A stretch of DNA of 64,000 bases from Octopus sinensis (Eukaryota): positions 68,696,001 to 68,760,000 of the forward strand of contig NC_043003.1 in the NCBI RefSeq assembly GCF_006345805.1, given 5' to 3'. Made by a program: the position numbers and the translations under genes. The notes below the pieces were generated by a model that worked only from the letters and a program-made list of their open reading frames with translations, searched no databases and had not been told where the DNA came from. Each line of letters opens with the position of its first letter. Position 1 is the stretch's first letter. Positions 13,331 through 24,197 of the stretch are shown here, piece after piece.

Positions 13331-14938
13331 TCCTTCCTAGAATTCGAACAGAGTTTTATGAAACAGAGAAACACCAGCTGCCATGTGCATTTAATGAAAC
13401 AAGAGAAGAACTTATAAACAAACACAAAAACATGATTTTCCTATACAATGTCACAGCGCCACTAAACATAATTAAAAGGACCCTTAAAGAGAACATTATT
13501 TGTCAACTAAGGCAATGAATTCAAGACCAAACTAAACTTTCTTCCCAACCATACAAAATCTGAGTTCCTTCAGGGAGGGCCTGCTGTGACTAAAGCCAAA
13601 CCAGCGAACTATACTCCCCATCCGTACATCTGAACACAAATATGAGAACAAGTGTAGCCTCACCATGCAATTCTCCCTATCCTTTATTATTACCTTTCCT
13701 TTCTTTACTTCTATGAGGTATTCTTTTCTACCTGATAGAGAACTGCCCAGATATCATAGTGAACCTTGTCACAGATGAAAACTGATAAACAAATTTCAGT
13801 TATACGTTCGTTATTTTCAACTTTAACGTTACATCGCCTGATGAAATGAACGCATGAAGTATGGTCCACCTTATGTCCATTGATATTAGGGTTTGTACAG
13901 TAATCATCCCAGTATACGGACAATCATCGTCAGAAACGTGATTTTTGTACAAACGCGCGTACCAATGCATTGAAATAGTGATAAATTCGATGCATGGATT
14001 ATTATCTAACCTATAAAATGAAGAAGGCGAACGTTGATACAAATTGAATATTTATGTAAAAAGGGGTCTAAATGGGGCTGGAAGGAGATTAAAATTTACA
14101 GTGTGGGTAACTTGGGGTGAGAAATTGATTGGGAGACGTTTTGGGGCGCTACAGTGGTTGCTTTAGTATGAAAACGGGGATTTTATTGTTTTTTTGGGAC
14201 ACTTTGGGGTCTAGATTGGACACCTTCTGCCTGATTTCAATCAAATTTTCAACATAGTAAAGTCGAATCAGATTTATAATTTAAGCGCAGAAAAGAGGTT
14301 CGAAATTTTGAAAATTAAGGCAGGATTTTGAAGTTGAAAAAAATTTCTCATTTTTACGTATTTTTGCCATTTAGTTTTTTATTATTTACAGTTTTCATTT
14401 ATTTTTTAAAGAAATTTAGAGCTGCATGTAGCCCGTGTTTAGAGCTTTCATTTGCATGGTCAATCGACGAAAAATTCCCGAAATATGTACTAAATTTTAA
14501 AAAGAGATATTTTTTTAATTTTTAATCGCTCAAATAGTGGCACGTACAAAAGGCAAGTATGCTTTCTGTTGTCACTACCTGATATTTATGATTGATCTTT
14601 CAAAATATTTTCTTTCTCAAATTACTCAAGATCTTTTGTATTTTATAAATGGGAGAGAGATAGATAGAGAAAGATAGAGAGTAAGAGAACGCGAGAGAGA
14701 GTCCGAGAGAAAGGTAGAGTAAGAGAGTGGGAAAGTGAGAGAGAAAGGAGGGAGAAACAAAGAGAGAGAATGTGGTGATAAGAAACAGAAAGGAAGCAAC
14801 GGAAAGTAACAACCACACCCTCACCCGCGCGTAGAGCTGGTCACCTTAAGCTAGCTAATACTATAAATATATTGACATATAAATGTGTTTAGATCGCTAG
14901 CTTCTTCATTTTCTCACATTCTTTATTTTCTCTTGTTT

Positions 14939-14974
14939 CTTTCTGTGGAAGAGCGTAGGCTCGAAACGTTAATG
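14939..14974 (+). ncRNA. Minimal hammerhead variant (CUGUNGA core), copy 1
   Basis: CUUU CUGUGGA A GAGC-GUAG-GCUC GAA ACGU U AAUG. Confidence 0.55.
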
Positions 14975-15057
14975 ACTCTTTCACTTCCCGAGCGTTTCTG
15001 TTTGTTGTCTACACCACCTTTCTTCGTCTTTTGTTTGTTTGTTTTTTTGTGAATTCT

Positions 15058-15099
<42 letters not shown>

Positions 15100-15101
<2 letters not shown>

Positions 15102-15490
15102 ACCGTATGATATCGTATGAAATCCACCTGATGCTTGGTCCCCGTGACATGCGTGCTCTACAGAAATGTGCTCTCAGCACATCAGAACACTAAGACGGAA
15201 CTATTTCTCCTCAACTGGACTTGCTCTTTTTAACAACATTCCAAAACATATAAAGGAGGAAACAGATTTCATAACCTTCAAAATGTTCTTGGATGAATAC
15301 ATCCAACAAATTCCTGATAAACCACCTACACCTGGATATACTGCTGCAAACGACAACGCTTTAATCGAATGGGCAATGGTGCATAAAAATAACTATACAG
15401 AAATACATTACTAAATGTCTTTTCCAGGTGGTGCTATTAAGTTAGCTCTCGCATGTGCCAATGTGGCCAAGACCTACCTAAGTATCTAAA
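15100..15490 (+). mobile_element. 3' end of CR1-clade LINE
   Basis: ORF 15166-15414 NYFSSTGLALFNNIPKHIK...FKMFLDEYIQQIPDKP resembles the CR1 ORF2 C-terminus. Confidence 0.7.
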
Positions 15491-15516
15491 TAAATATATA
15501 TATATATATACATATA

Positions 15517-15745
15517 ACGGGAAGGTTTACGAAAATAATCAATAGACGAAGGCAGGTGGAGTACAAACAAACAAATATATTAGTATGGCGCTCAGGGATA
15601 GAAATAGAACACGTCTTTTACGTTTCAAGCCTACGCTCTTCGACAGAAGGATACACAGAAAAAAGCAAGGAGAGAAACAAGGGGAAAAAATATGCGTGTA
15701 GGAGCTAACGATCTATCATGGCGTCCTGACTTTGGACAGTGGTCA
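15517..15745 (-). mobile_element. PLE-like repeat carrying CUGUNGA hammerhead variant (motif 15614-15651), copy 2
   Basis: Homologous to 14920-15060 (opposite strand) and 23477-23690; begins at (TA)n. Confidence 0.7.
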
Positions 15746-16382
15746 GGGGATATAACAGGGTCAAGTGACTTCCAAAACGAAGGTGCCCCCAACACAAAGG
15801 TGCGTGTGTGTATAAGAGAGTATGTATGTGCGTGTGAAAGAGGACTGGTGGTCTGGACATGTGTGTGTATGTATGTGTTGGTGTGGAGATGTGGGAATGG
15901 GTGTGTGGGCGGTGTTTTGTGATGCGATATGTGTATGTATGTGTAGGTGTAAAGATGTGGGAATGGGTGTGTGGGCGGTGTGCTGTGGGTGGTGTGTTGT
16001 GATGTGATGTGTAATGTTGTATGGTGTAGTGTAGTGTGGTGTGATGTTGTCGGGAGGTGGGGAGGCGAGAGTGGGGAAGACACGACAGGCCTCTTTAAGT
16101 TTCCGTCTGACGAATCCGTTCGCAAGGATTTGGTCGGCCTGAGGCTAAGGTATGTTTCTTTATTGGCCACACAGAGCTGAACACAGAGGGGACAAAATAC
16201 AAAGTACAGCTTTTCTTTTTCGGAAGAAGAAGACAAGAAAAAAGAAAACCAAAAGTGGGTCAAATTCCGATCAAAAGGGATCGTGGAAAAAATGGTAGAA
16301 GACACTTACCAAGGATGTCACGCAGCAATACTGAACCCGGAGTCATGTAGTTGGGAAACAAGCTTCTTACTACACAAGCATA

Positions 16383-16468
<86 letters not shown>

Positions 16469-16575
16469 TGTATATATATGTATGTCTGTATGTATATATA
16501 TTTATATATATATACTTACTTGGAAATGAATGCGTCGCATTCAACTAAATACGAAATAGTAAATAATGTATACAT

Positions 16576-16645
<70 letters not shown>

Positions 16646-16888
16646 CTTATAAATACGGGCAAACGAAAAATTTCTAGTGTCAAATATGCCATGGAAGAAG
16701 CAAAACACTAAGTCATGAGCACAATTAAGTACCCCAAATACATCTAAAATAGAAATACTCCAGCCCATTCAAGCCACGTGCGATTTGAACTGAGGCTCTC
16801 ACAGAGTAAATTTATATTGACTCATGACTTAGTGTTTTGCTTCTTCCATGGGTATGAGTAAGTATCTCATTTATTTCTTTACCACATT

Positions 16889-16946
16889 TATCACTGACGA
16901 AGGGAGGGTTCTTACGAGCTAACCCTGAAATCGGTCCGATATGGTA
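16889..16946 (+). ncRNA. Type I hammerhead ribozyme
   Basis: Helix I UAUCA/UGGUA; CUGACGA; helix II AGGG...CCCU; GAAA; near-palindromic UCGG-U-CCGA; AUA triplet, predicted cleavage after 16941. Confidence 0.8.
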
Positions 16947-17368
16947 ATAATGGAATTTTTTCAGAAATTTCTGTCGGCTTTTTTTTCGAGTAGCGTGCGA
17001 ATTGTGATAAATTATATGGTAATGGACAATATGTCCAATTTTTCGGCATATTTGGCATTAGATGTTTTTTCGTTTGTCCTTATATATAAGTTGTTTATAA
17101 TTTTAACCTTTAAAGGTATTTTTTAATATGCTGGCCATTGATAATTTTTTTTTTCGAAAGAATTTTATCCTACTTTAAATATAAATTTAAGTGTTCACTT
17201 CTGGACTCTCTCACTCTGTGAGAGCCACAGTTCAAATCGCACGTGTCTTGAATGGGCTGGGGTATTTCTATTTTAGATGTATTTGGGGTACTTAATTGTG
17301 CTCATGACTAAGTGTTTTGCTTCTTCCACGGGTATGAGTAAGTATCTCATTTATTTCTTTACCACATT

Positions 17369-17426
17369 TATCACTGACGAAGGGAGGGTTCTTACGAGCT
17401 AACCCTGAAATCGGTCCGATATAGTA
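17369..17426 (+). ncRNA. Type I hammerhead ribozyme, tandem copy
   Basis: Identical core; one helix I mismatch (UAGUA). Confidence 0.72.
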
Positions 17427-17666
17427 ATAATGGAATGTTTTAGAAATTTCTGTCGGCTTTTTTTTTTTCGAGTAGCGAGCGAATTGTGATAAATTATATG
17501 GTAATGGACAACATGTCCAATTTTTCGACATAGTTGGCATTAGAATTTTTTTCCCTTTGCCCTTATTTATAAGTTGTTTATAATTTTAACCTTTAAAGTT
17601 ATTTTTTAATATGCTGGCCATTGATAATTTTTTTTTTCGAAAGAATTTTATCCTACATTAAATATA

Positions 17667-17715
<49 letters not shown>

Positions 17716-17730
17716 GTCTATATATATATA

Positions 17731-17827
<97 letters not shown>

Positions 17828-17887
17828 CTATATATATATATGTCTATATATATATGTCTATGTATTATATATATACATATATATGTC

Positions 17888-17925
<38 letters not shown>

Positions 17926-17929
17926 TATG

Positions 17930-17963
<34 letters not shown>

Positions 17964-18342
17964 ATATGTCTATGTATATTATAATGTAATATATATTATA
18001 ATATAATATATTATACTGGGGTTTAAAGTTATGATCGGTTTTGATGTAATATATGTTGTGCTTTACAAGGGGTTATATTTTATGTTCATCACTTTCATAG
18101 GTCCTGTACATCTCCTTCATGTAATATAACACTGTGTGTGGTTTGTATATTTCCATTCGGTTTACTTTGATATATTTGTGGTAGGGTATTCTGTCTTTAT
18201 TCTTTAAAGGCTTGGTCCTCTAATCTATCTAAATATCTCTCGTCAATTTATGCCCTTTCTCTATATGCATGCATACATTTATATATATATATACTGCCTC
18301 ATGCATATATTTACATGCATATACATACATATGCACATACAC

Positions 18343-18383
<41 letters not shown>

Positions 18384-18980
18384 AACATTATGTATACGAT
18401 ATTTAACAGTACCTCCTTATTTAGGTGTTTTCTATAGCCTCTAAATGTTTATAGTTACCTAATTATTCACTCAAACCTTTCATTTCGAGTTAAATATACG
18501 CTTTTATGTTCATGGGATTTTATCGTCACGAATATATCCTGAATAATTTTATTCCATGATGTGAAAATTGCAAACAATTCGTTCCCTCGATATACATCTT
18601 TTAGAGCGGTTGATACAGAACCGCTCAGTTTGATAGGTTTTTCCGTCCCAGTTGATTTGGTATCCAACCGAATGTAACGAGCGGCTATATATATTCATCG
18701 TTCGCCCACTGATAAAATGTATAACAGTGGAGCAAATACCATTTCCTGTGCAGAATACATAATAATGACATAGTCCTCAGCTTAGATCTATTAACATGGT
18801 GTAGGAAATGTGTATATTTTCCTTATTATTTTTCCTTCACAGGAGAGTTATAGCATAAACGAAGAATTAATTATGATAACATATTCGGTGAATAATTTGT
18901 ATGAGATACATTTCGACAAACAAGTTTTCAGATATAGTCTGTGAGTCTATATATGTTCGTGAATGTGTGTGTATGTGTAT

Positions 18981-19015
<35 letters not shown>

Positions 19016-19249
19016 CCCTCTAGCCCGTACATATCTCTCTCCTCTCCTTCCACGTGACCGGTATTCGGCCAAGCCTGACCTTACTTTCTTGGTTCGACTA
19101 TCATCCGTGTAGCATCTCTTGTATTCCTTCCCATGATTTTCATCTCTTATACCCATGCTGTAAGGCTTCATTTCCGCACACGCCAGCTTAAGTTAATTCA
19201 TCCCTTGTCGAAAGACACCTGTTGTTAACGTCCTGTTGTTCGCATTTGT

Positions 19250-19429
19250 AACTGTATTCTGGGTTCGGTTCCACAGCGTGGCACCTTTTCCAAGTGTCTT
19301 CTCGGGCTGACAAAAGTCTTTTGAGTTGATTGGGTAGATGGAAACTGAAAGACGCCCGTCGTGTATGTATATATATATATATATATATAAATATATATAA
19401 ATATATATATATATTATATATATAATATT

Positions 19430-19474
<45 letters not shown>

Positions 19475-19755
19475 GTATAATATGTATGTATATATGTATG
19501 TATGTATGTATATGAGTGCGTGTATGAATGTATGTATTTGTGTCTGTGCTTGTCCCCTCATCACCGTCCCTTGACGACCGATATTAGTGTTTACGTAAGT
19601 GTAACTTAAGGGTTTCAACAAATGACAACCGTTAGAATAAGTACTAGACTAACAAAGAATATGTCCTGTGGTCGATTCTTTCGACTAAAGGCAGTGCACC
19701 AGCTTGGCCACAGTCAGATTACTGAAACCAGTTAAAGAATAAAAGAATAAGAGAA
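19250..19755 (+). mobile_element. SINE family A
   Basis: GGGTTCGGTTCCAC B-box, internal (TA)n, CAGTCAGATTACTGAAAC tail. Confidence 0.8.
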
Positions 19756-20111
19756 TAATGTAAAATCCATTTGTGGATTTTATAATTCATGTATAATAGA
19801 ATAGATAAAAGGAGTTTATAGTAAATCTACAAATGTTTCGCTTTGAGATTTTATTCAAAAGTAACTCACTACAGGTCCGCTTGTATAGACCCGCCATAAG
19901 ATTAAGCAATAACCTCCGTTGCATCTCTCAATTCTTTGGGGTTTTACTGCAATTAAGAGAGTAAAGTAATAATATGTTGGCATGATGATTTGTATCATGC
20001 TGTCTAACCATCATAAGTGGCGTCCTTTACGTTGACCTACCTTGATCTTTTCAATAGGACCCACATTAATCCGCCTTTCTCTCTCTCCCTATGTCTCTGT
20101 CTCTGTCTCTG

Positions 20112-20183
<72 letters not shown>

Positions 20184-20226
20184 AAACTTACTTGGAACAT
20201 CTTGCATAGCGTTCAATCATATAATA

Positions 20227-20259
<33 letters not shown>

Positions 20260-20373
20260 GTAGTAGTAATAGAGAAGGAATTTCGATTATCCCCACGTGG
20301 TAAGTTGTAATGTATATAAGAAATTTAAAAAGGAAAGTAAGCACACTTACATAGTTTTAATATAATTTTTAAT

Positions 20374-20408
20374 ATATCGACCGGTTTCGCTATCGCTATT
20401 CATGATAT
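20374..20408 (-). ncRNA. Minimal hammerhead with A3-U8 core variant
   Basis: AUAUC AUGAAUA GC-GAUA-GC GAA ACCGGU C GAUAU; lies sense and downstream of a PLE endonuclease fragment. Confidence 0.6.
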
Positions 20409-20723
20409 TATGTTTTACTTATTTGAATATATATTTTTTCTTAAGAAGAAATTTGGTCAATGTTGTGCGTGATGAGTGAATGACTCCACAAGTAGATAAA
20501 TGAAGGGATGTAATTGGTCGTCGCTATTATTGTTGTTGATGTGTGTAAGGGAGATAACTGTTCAGCTTTCGGTAATGGGTGGGGAGTAAATATGTGTACA
20601 GAACAGAGACAGGTTTTAAAAACCTTGTTTAGTAAGGGATTTATGTACAGTGATGTAATCGTGAATTGAAATATGTAAAAATATAAAAGTTGGTTATGCG
20701 TGCATATTAAGACGTGTTTTGTA

Positions 20724-20945
20724 TTATTCAATGAACAACGTTTCTTTATTTAAACGTTCTAGTTGAGAGATTGCGTATTGGCACTGGTAGAAAGGGAAGG
20801 CTGTGAAATTTGGTTTGATGTTACCTACACATTTTTCTATATGTTCACTGAGATGACTTTGTCTGTATTGCGGGAACCGGATTTGGTCCTTATGTAGAGT
20901 GGTTCTCTTTCTCAAGGTCATATACGTAAGTATATGCCCATACAT
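20724..20945 (-). pseudogene. C-terminal half of PLE GIY-YIG endonuclease (Neptune-like)
   Basis: MTLRKRTTLHKDQIR...SEHIEKC...FPFYQC aligns with the sequence following YIGQT at 38600-38800. Confidence 0.75.
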
Positions 20946-21137
20946 CTATACGGATATTTGCATATGTGGGCACAGGGCGTCATGAAGTGTGTGCAACAAA
21001 AAAGTACGAAGCACGTTTACATCAAACAGGAACTATTCTTTCGAATAATGAAAGACACGATCACAAAACAAAACAAACATAAAGAACGGCCCTTCATCAT
21101 ATATATATATATATATATATATGATGAAGGGCCATTC

Positions 21138-21270
21138 ATTAAGAATGAGAAACCAAGTTCGAAATTTTCCCAGACACCTGATGAAGACTGGAGAGTATAA
21201 CTGCCGAAACGTTGTGTTAACAGCAAACAAGAGGAGGACAAATATCCGTCAAACGTAAATAATGTAAATG
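21138..21270 (+). mobile_element. 5'-truncated HHR-SINE (family C); hammerhead at 21173-21218
   Basis: GACAC CTGATGA A GACTGG...CTGCC GAAACGTT GTGTT, tail GTAAATAATGTAAAT; homologous to 63715-63850. Confidence 0.8.
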
Positions 21271-21299
21271 CTGTAAGATCTTTTTTTATTCGGCGTTGT

Positions 21300-22000
21300 T
21301 GTTTTCTGTCTTTTGTAACCTATATATTTTCATACATTCTACTATATCACTTTCCATGATGTCTTTTGTGCACATCTAACGCCATCTTCATAAAAAGGTC
21401 AATCTATGACATAAGAGTTAAGGAAAACAATAAATCCTATGAGAGGAGGAGCAATCCAGAATATTGTAGGCCTAGTATTTTATAGGATGAGAGTAGCAAA
21501 CGTCGGTATCGAGAATGTCGTATAAAGAAAATTGAAGACTTCATATAAATGAAAAATTCAGTTTAGAAACAGGAAGGAACATTGATTTATCTATTAGACA
21601 CAAAGTTCTTACATCTTCAAATATAAGACGACAATCCTTCAGACTGACTACAAGATATTACAAGCTTTCATTGCATTGATAAGCAAATAATGAAAGAGCA
21701 AATGTATATATGAATTTATTAACGCCAGGATTACATAACTCGTTGCTGTGTCGACCACTCGATGAACACAAAAATTTTCCGCTATATGGATATTACGATT
21801 CTATAAGGAATTAGGAAACCTTATTCCTATGAAGTTGCTTTGCAGAATTTGGCATCAGCTACATATAGATATTGTGCAAACGTATCACATGAACAGAAGA
21901 GAAATGGAATTACACGTATTGGAATATATCAGTTAGATAAATATATAAGTGAGATAAAACATCGATCGAGTTTTTGTATTTTATCCTTGTCATCTTCGTA
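21300..22000 (+). pseudogene. Possible highly degraded hAT-type transposase remnant
   Basis: Scattered peptides LETGRNID (about 21563) and LQNLA (about 21840) recall hAT motifs; no continuous frame. Confidence 0.25.
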
Positions 22001-23251
22001 ATATTTAGTATTCTTTATATGGTACTAACATTGGGAAATCTTCGAATAAAACGAGCGAAGAAAGAAGAGAATCTAAATTCCATATCCTTTCCCTAGGGCT
22101 ATAAGGAATCTGTAAAATGCAACACGTTAAAATAGAAATGCAAAAATGGTGGCTATGTATTCGTACGTAGATGTAAATAAGATTATACATGCAGAAATAC
22201 ATTATGCTGTATTTACAAATTTGGGAAAATATAGCAAGAAATAAGAATATGCGCTGGAAGATTAAATGTTACAATAAGTATATTATAATGAATGGTATAT
22301 CCAAAGAATTATAATATATTTTTAATTCTTTAACCTGTTTATTGCGTAGAAAAAAACCCTGCTGTGTATCGGATGAGTTGTCACAAATAAGTTTTTGTGC
22401 ATCTTCATGAATATTTCTGCAGTATAAGAATGTGAATTATCGGTGATGATTACAGTTTAAAACTCGTGACAGACTTGTAAATAATAGACTTATTCTGATT
22501 GGTGGATTTCATTGATGACAACCAATATAGATGTCATTAACCGAGATACGTGTTGATAAGGAAATGGCTCTGATATAATACATACATGCATAGAGGCATA
22601 CACACATATTCGCACGTGTGTGTGTGTTTGTGTGTGTGTGTTTGTGTGCGCGCGCGCGTGTGTGTGTGTCTGTGTGTGTGTTGCGTGTTTCCTACAAAAT
22701 CGAAAGCGCGATTACTCTGAATAATGTACGCGTATAAATGCTTAACTTACAATGAATAACTTCTAAAGCAAGTTTATACACGCTTTCCTATATGTATGTA
22801 GTGTGTCTATGTGGGTATATGTGTCAATTTCTTTTACCTTTTTTTTTTTTGCTCTTTTTTTTCTATATACCCGTGTATATGAGACGAGTTTTACCGCTAT
22901 AATTTATCCTTCTTAGTTGCGCTGAGCTGGCTATATGTATCTCGATAGCCGACTAAGTAAGCGTTTCCTTCTATGTAAACGTTATCTCAATGAGCGAACA
23001 AACGATACGTAGTAACTCCATACCACCTCAATATATAGTTTCGCGAAGGATTCGGAGATTCTCTGGTATAAGAATCTCTAGTATTAGATAAATAGTACGC
23101 TGGCAGTACGTTGCATGATACAGAGAAAACAATTTGAGGGAAGAGGTAAGTCATTCACATGGAAACGGTGACATGATTTATTTTTTCGGCAACGAATAGA
23201 TGTAAGTCAAACTTACCGTAAAAAGTAGTCATATGGCCTTAGACAGACAGG

Positions 23252-23291
<40 letters not shown>

Positions 23292-23438
23292 TACACAAAC
23301 ACACACACACACACGCATATGTACGTATGTGTATATATGTATATATATGTATATATATTTATGCATGTATATAGATAGATAGATAGATAGATACATACAT
23401 ACATACGTACATACATACATACTACATACATACATACA

Positions 23439-23474
<36 letters not shown>

Positions 23475-23476
23475 TA

Positions 23477-23750
23477 GGGAAAGTTTACGAAAAAAACGAA
23501 AGCGAAGATAGGTGGTGTACAAAACAAACAGATGTATTAGTATAACGCTCAGGAATAGAAAAAGTCTTTTACATTTCGAGCCTACGCTCTTCTACAAAAA
23601 GGGACACAGAAAAAACAAGGAGAGAAACAAGGAGAGAAAAAAAATGTGTGTAGTGGCTAACGATCTATCATAGCGTCTGACTCGGACAGAAGGGTCACAC
23701 ACGAGAGGGGAAGTAGGGGAGATAACAAAGTCATGATGCCCTCCCCCAAC
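23477..23750 (-). mobile_element. PLE-like repeat with CUGUNGA-type hammerhead (motif 23565-23602), copy 3
   Basis: CUUU UUGUAGA A GAGC-GUAG-GCUC GAA AUGU A AAAG; homologous to 15517-15745. Confidence 0.7.
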
Positions 23751-23789
23751 ACGAATATATATATATTATTTACTTCTAATATAATGATA

Positions 23790-23960
23790 AAAGTTCTTTT
23801 ATCAATGGCCAGCATATTAAAATACCTTTTAAGGTGACAATTTATAAACAATTATAAACAAGGGCAACAACAAAAACTTTTCTATGCCAATATGCTGAAA
23901 AATAAATTTTAGATCGTCCTACCATGTACTATATTTTTCATATGCTGTTGTTAAACTTCA
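23790..23960 (-). repeat. Diverged fragment of the 480-bp unit family (16646-17662)
   Basis: TTATCAATGGCCAGCATATTAAAA.ACCTTT is the reverse complement of 17111-17145. Confidence 0.65.
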
Positions 23961-24029
23961 AGCATCACGGAAGAGAATCAAACTGTTTTAAATACTATAG
24001 ATATAAATGTAGGGCGAGTGTATATAGAT

Positions 24030-24197
24030 GTTGACAGGCTTCTTTCAGTTTACGTCTATCAAATCTACTCACAAGACATTGGTCGGCCTTATACTATTCT
24101 AGGAGACACTTATCCACAATGCCATGCTGTGGAACTGAACCCGGAAACATGTGCTTGGCAAACTAACTTCTTACCACGCAACCATGCCTGCACCTAC
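24030..24197 (-). mobile_element. SINE family A 5' half, founder of the adjacent minisatellite
   Basis: GGCTTCTTTCAGTTT.CGTCTA.CAAATC.ACTCACAAG...GAACTGAACCCGGAA...CTTACCAC...CCTGCACCTA. Confidence 0.85.

Larger units (their letters stand above)
16646..17662 (+). mobile_element. PLE pseudo-LTR/retrozyme-like array: 480-bp tandem unit (about 1.75 copies) preceded by an inverted partial copy, flanked by (TA)n
   Basis: 16861-17180 repeats at 17341-17660; 16690-16807 is the reverse complement of about 17212-17330. Confidence 0.85.

Noticed and set aside
14003-14852. Possible non-autonomous Helitron (TC start, GC-rich hairpin, CTAG end)
   Set aside because: The hairpin is imperfect, there is no A|T target and only one copy in the window
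18430-18930. Possible degraded Poseidon-type PLE endonuclease (GYQINWD) on the minus strand
   Set aside because: Only one short motif and no GIY-YIG signature
22918-22965. GGCTAT/ATAGCC hairpin with CTGAG upstream
   Set aside because: Both core strands are defective; cannot be called
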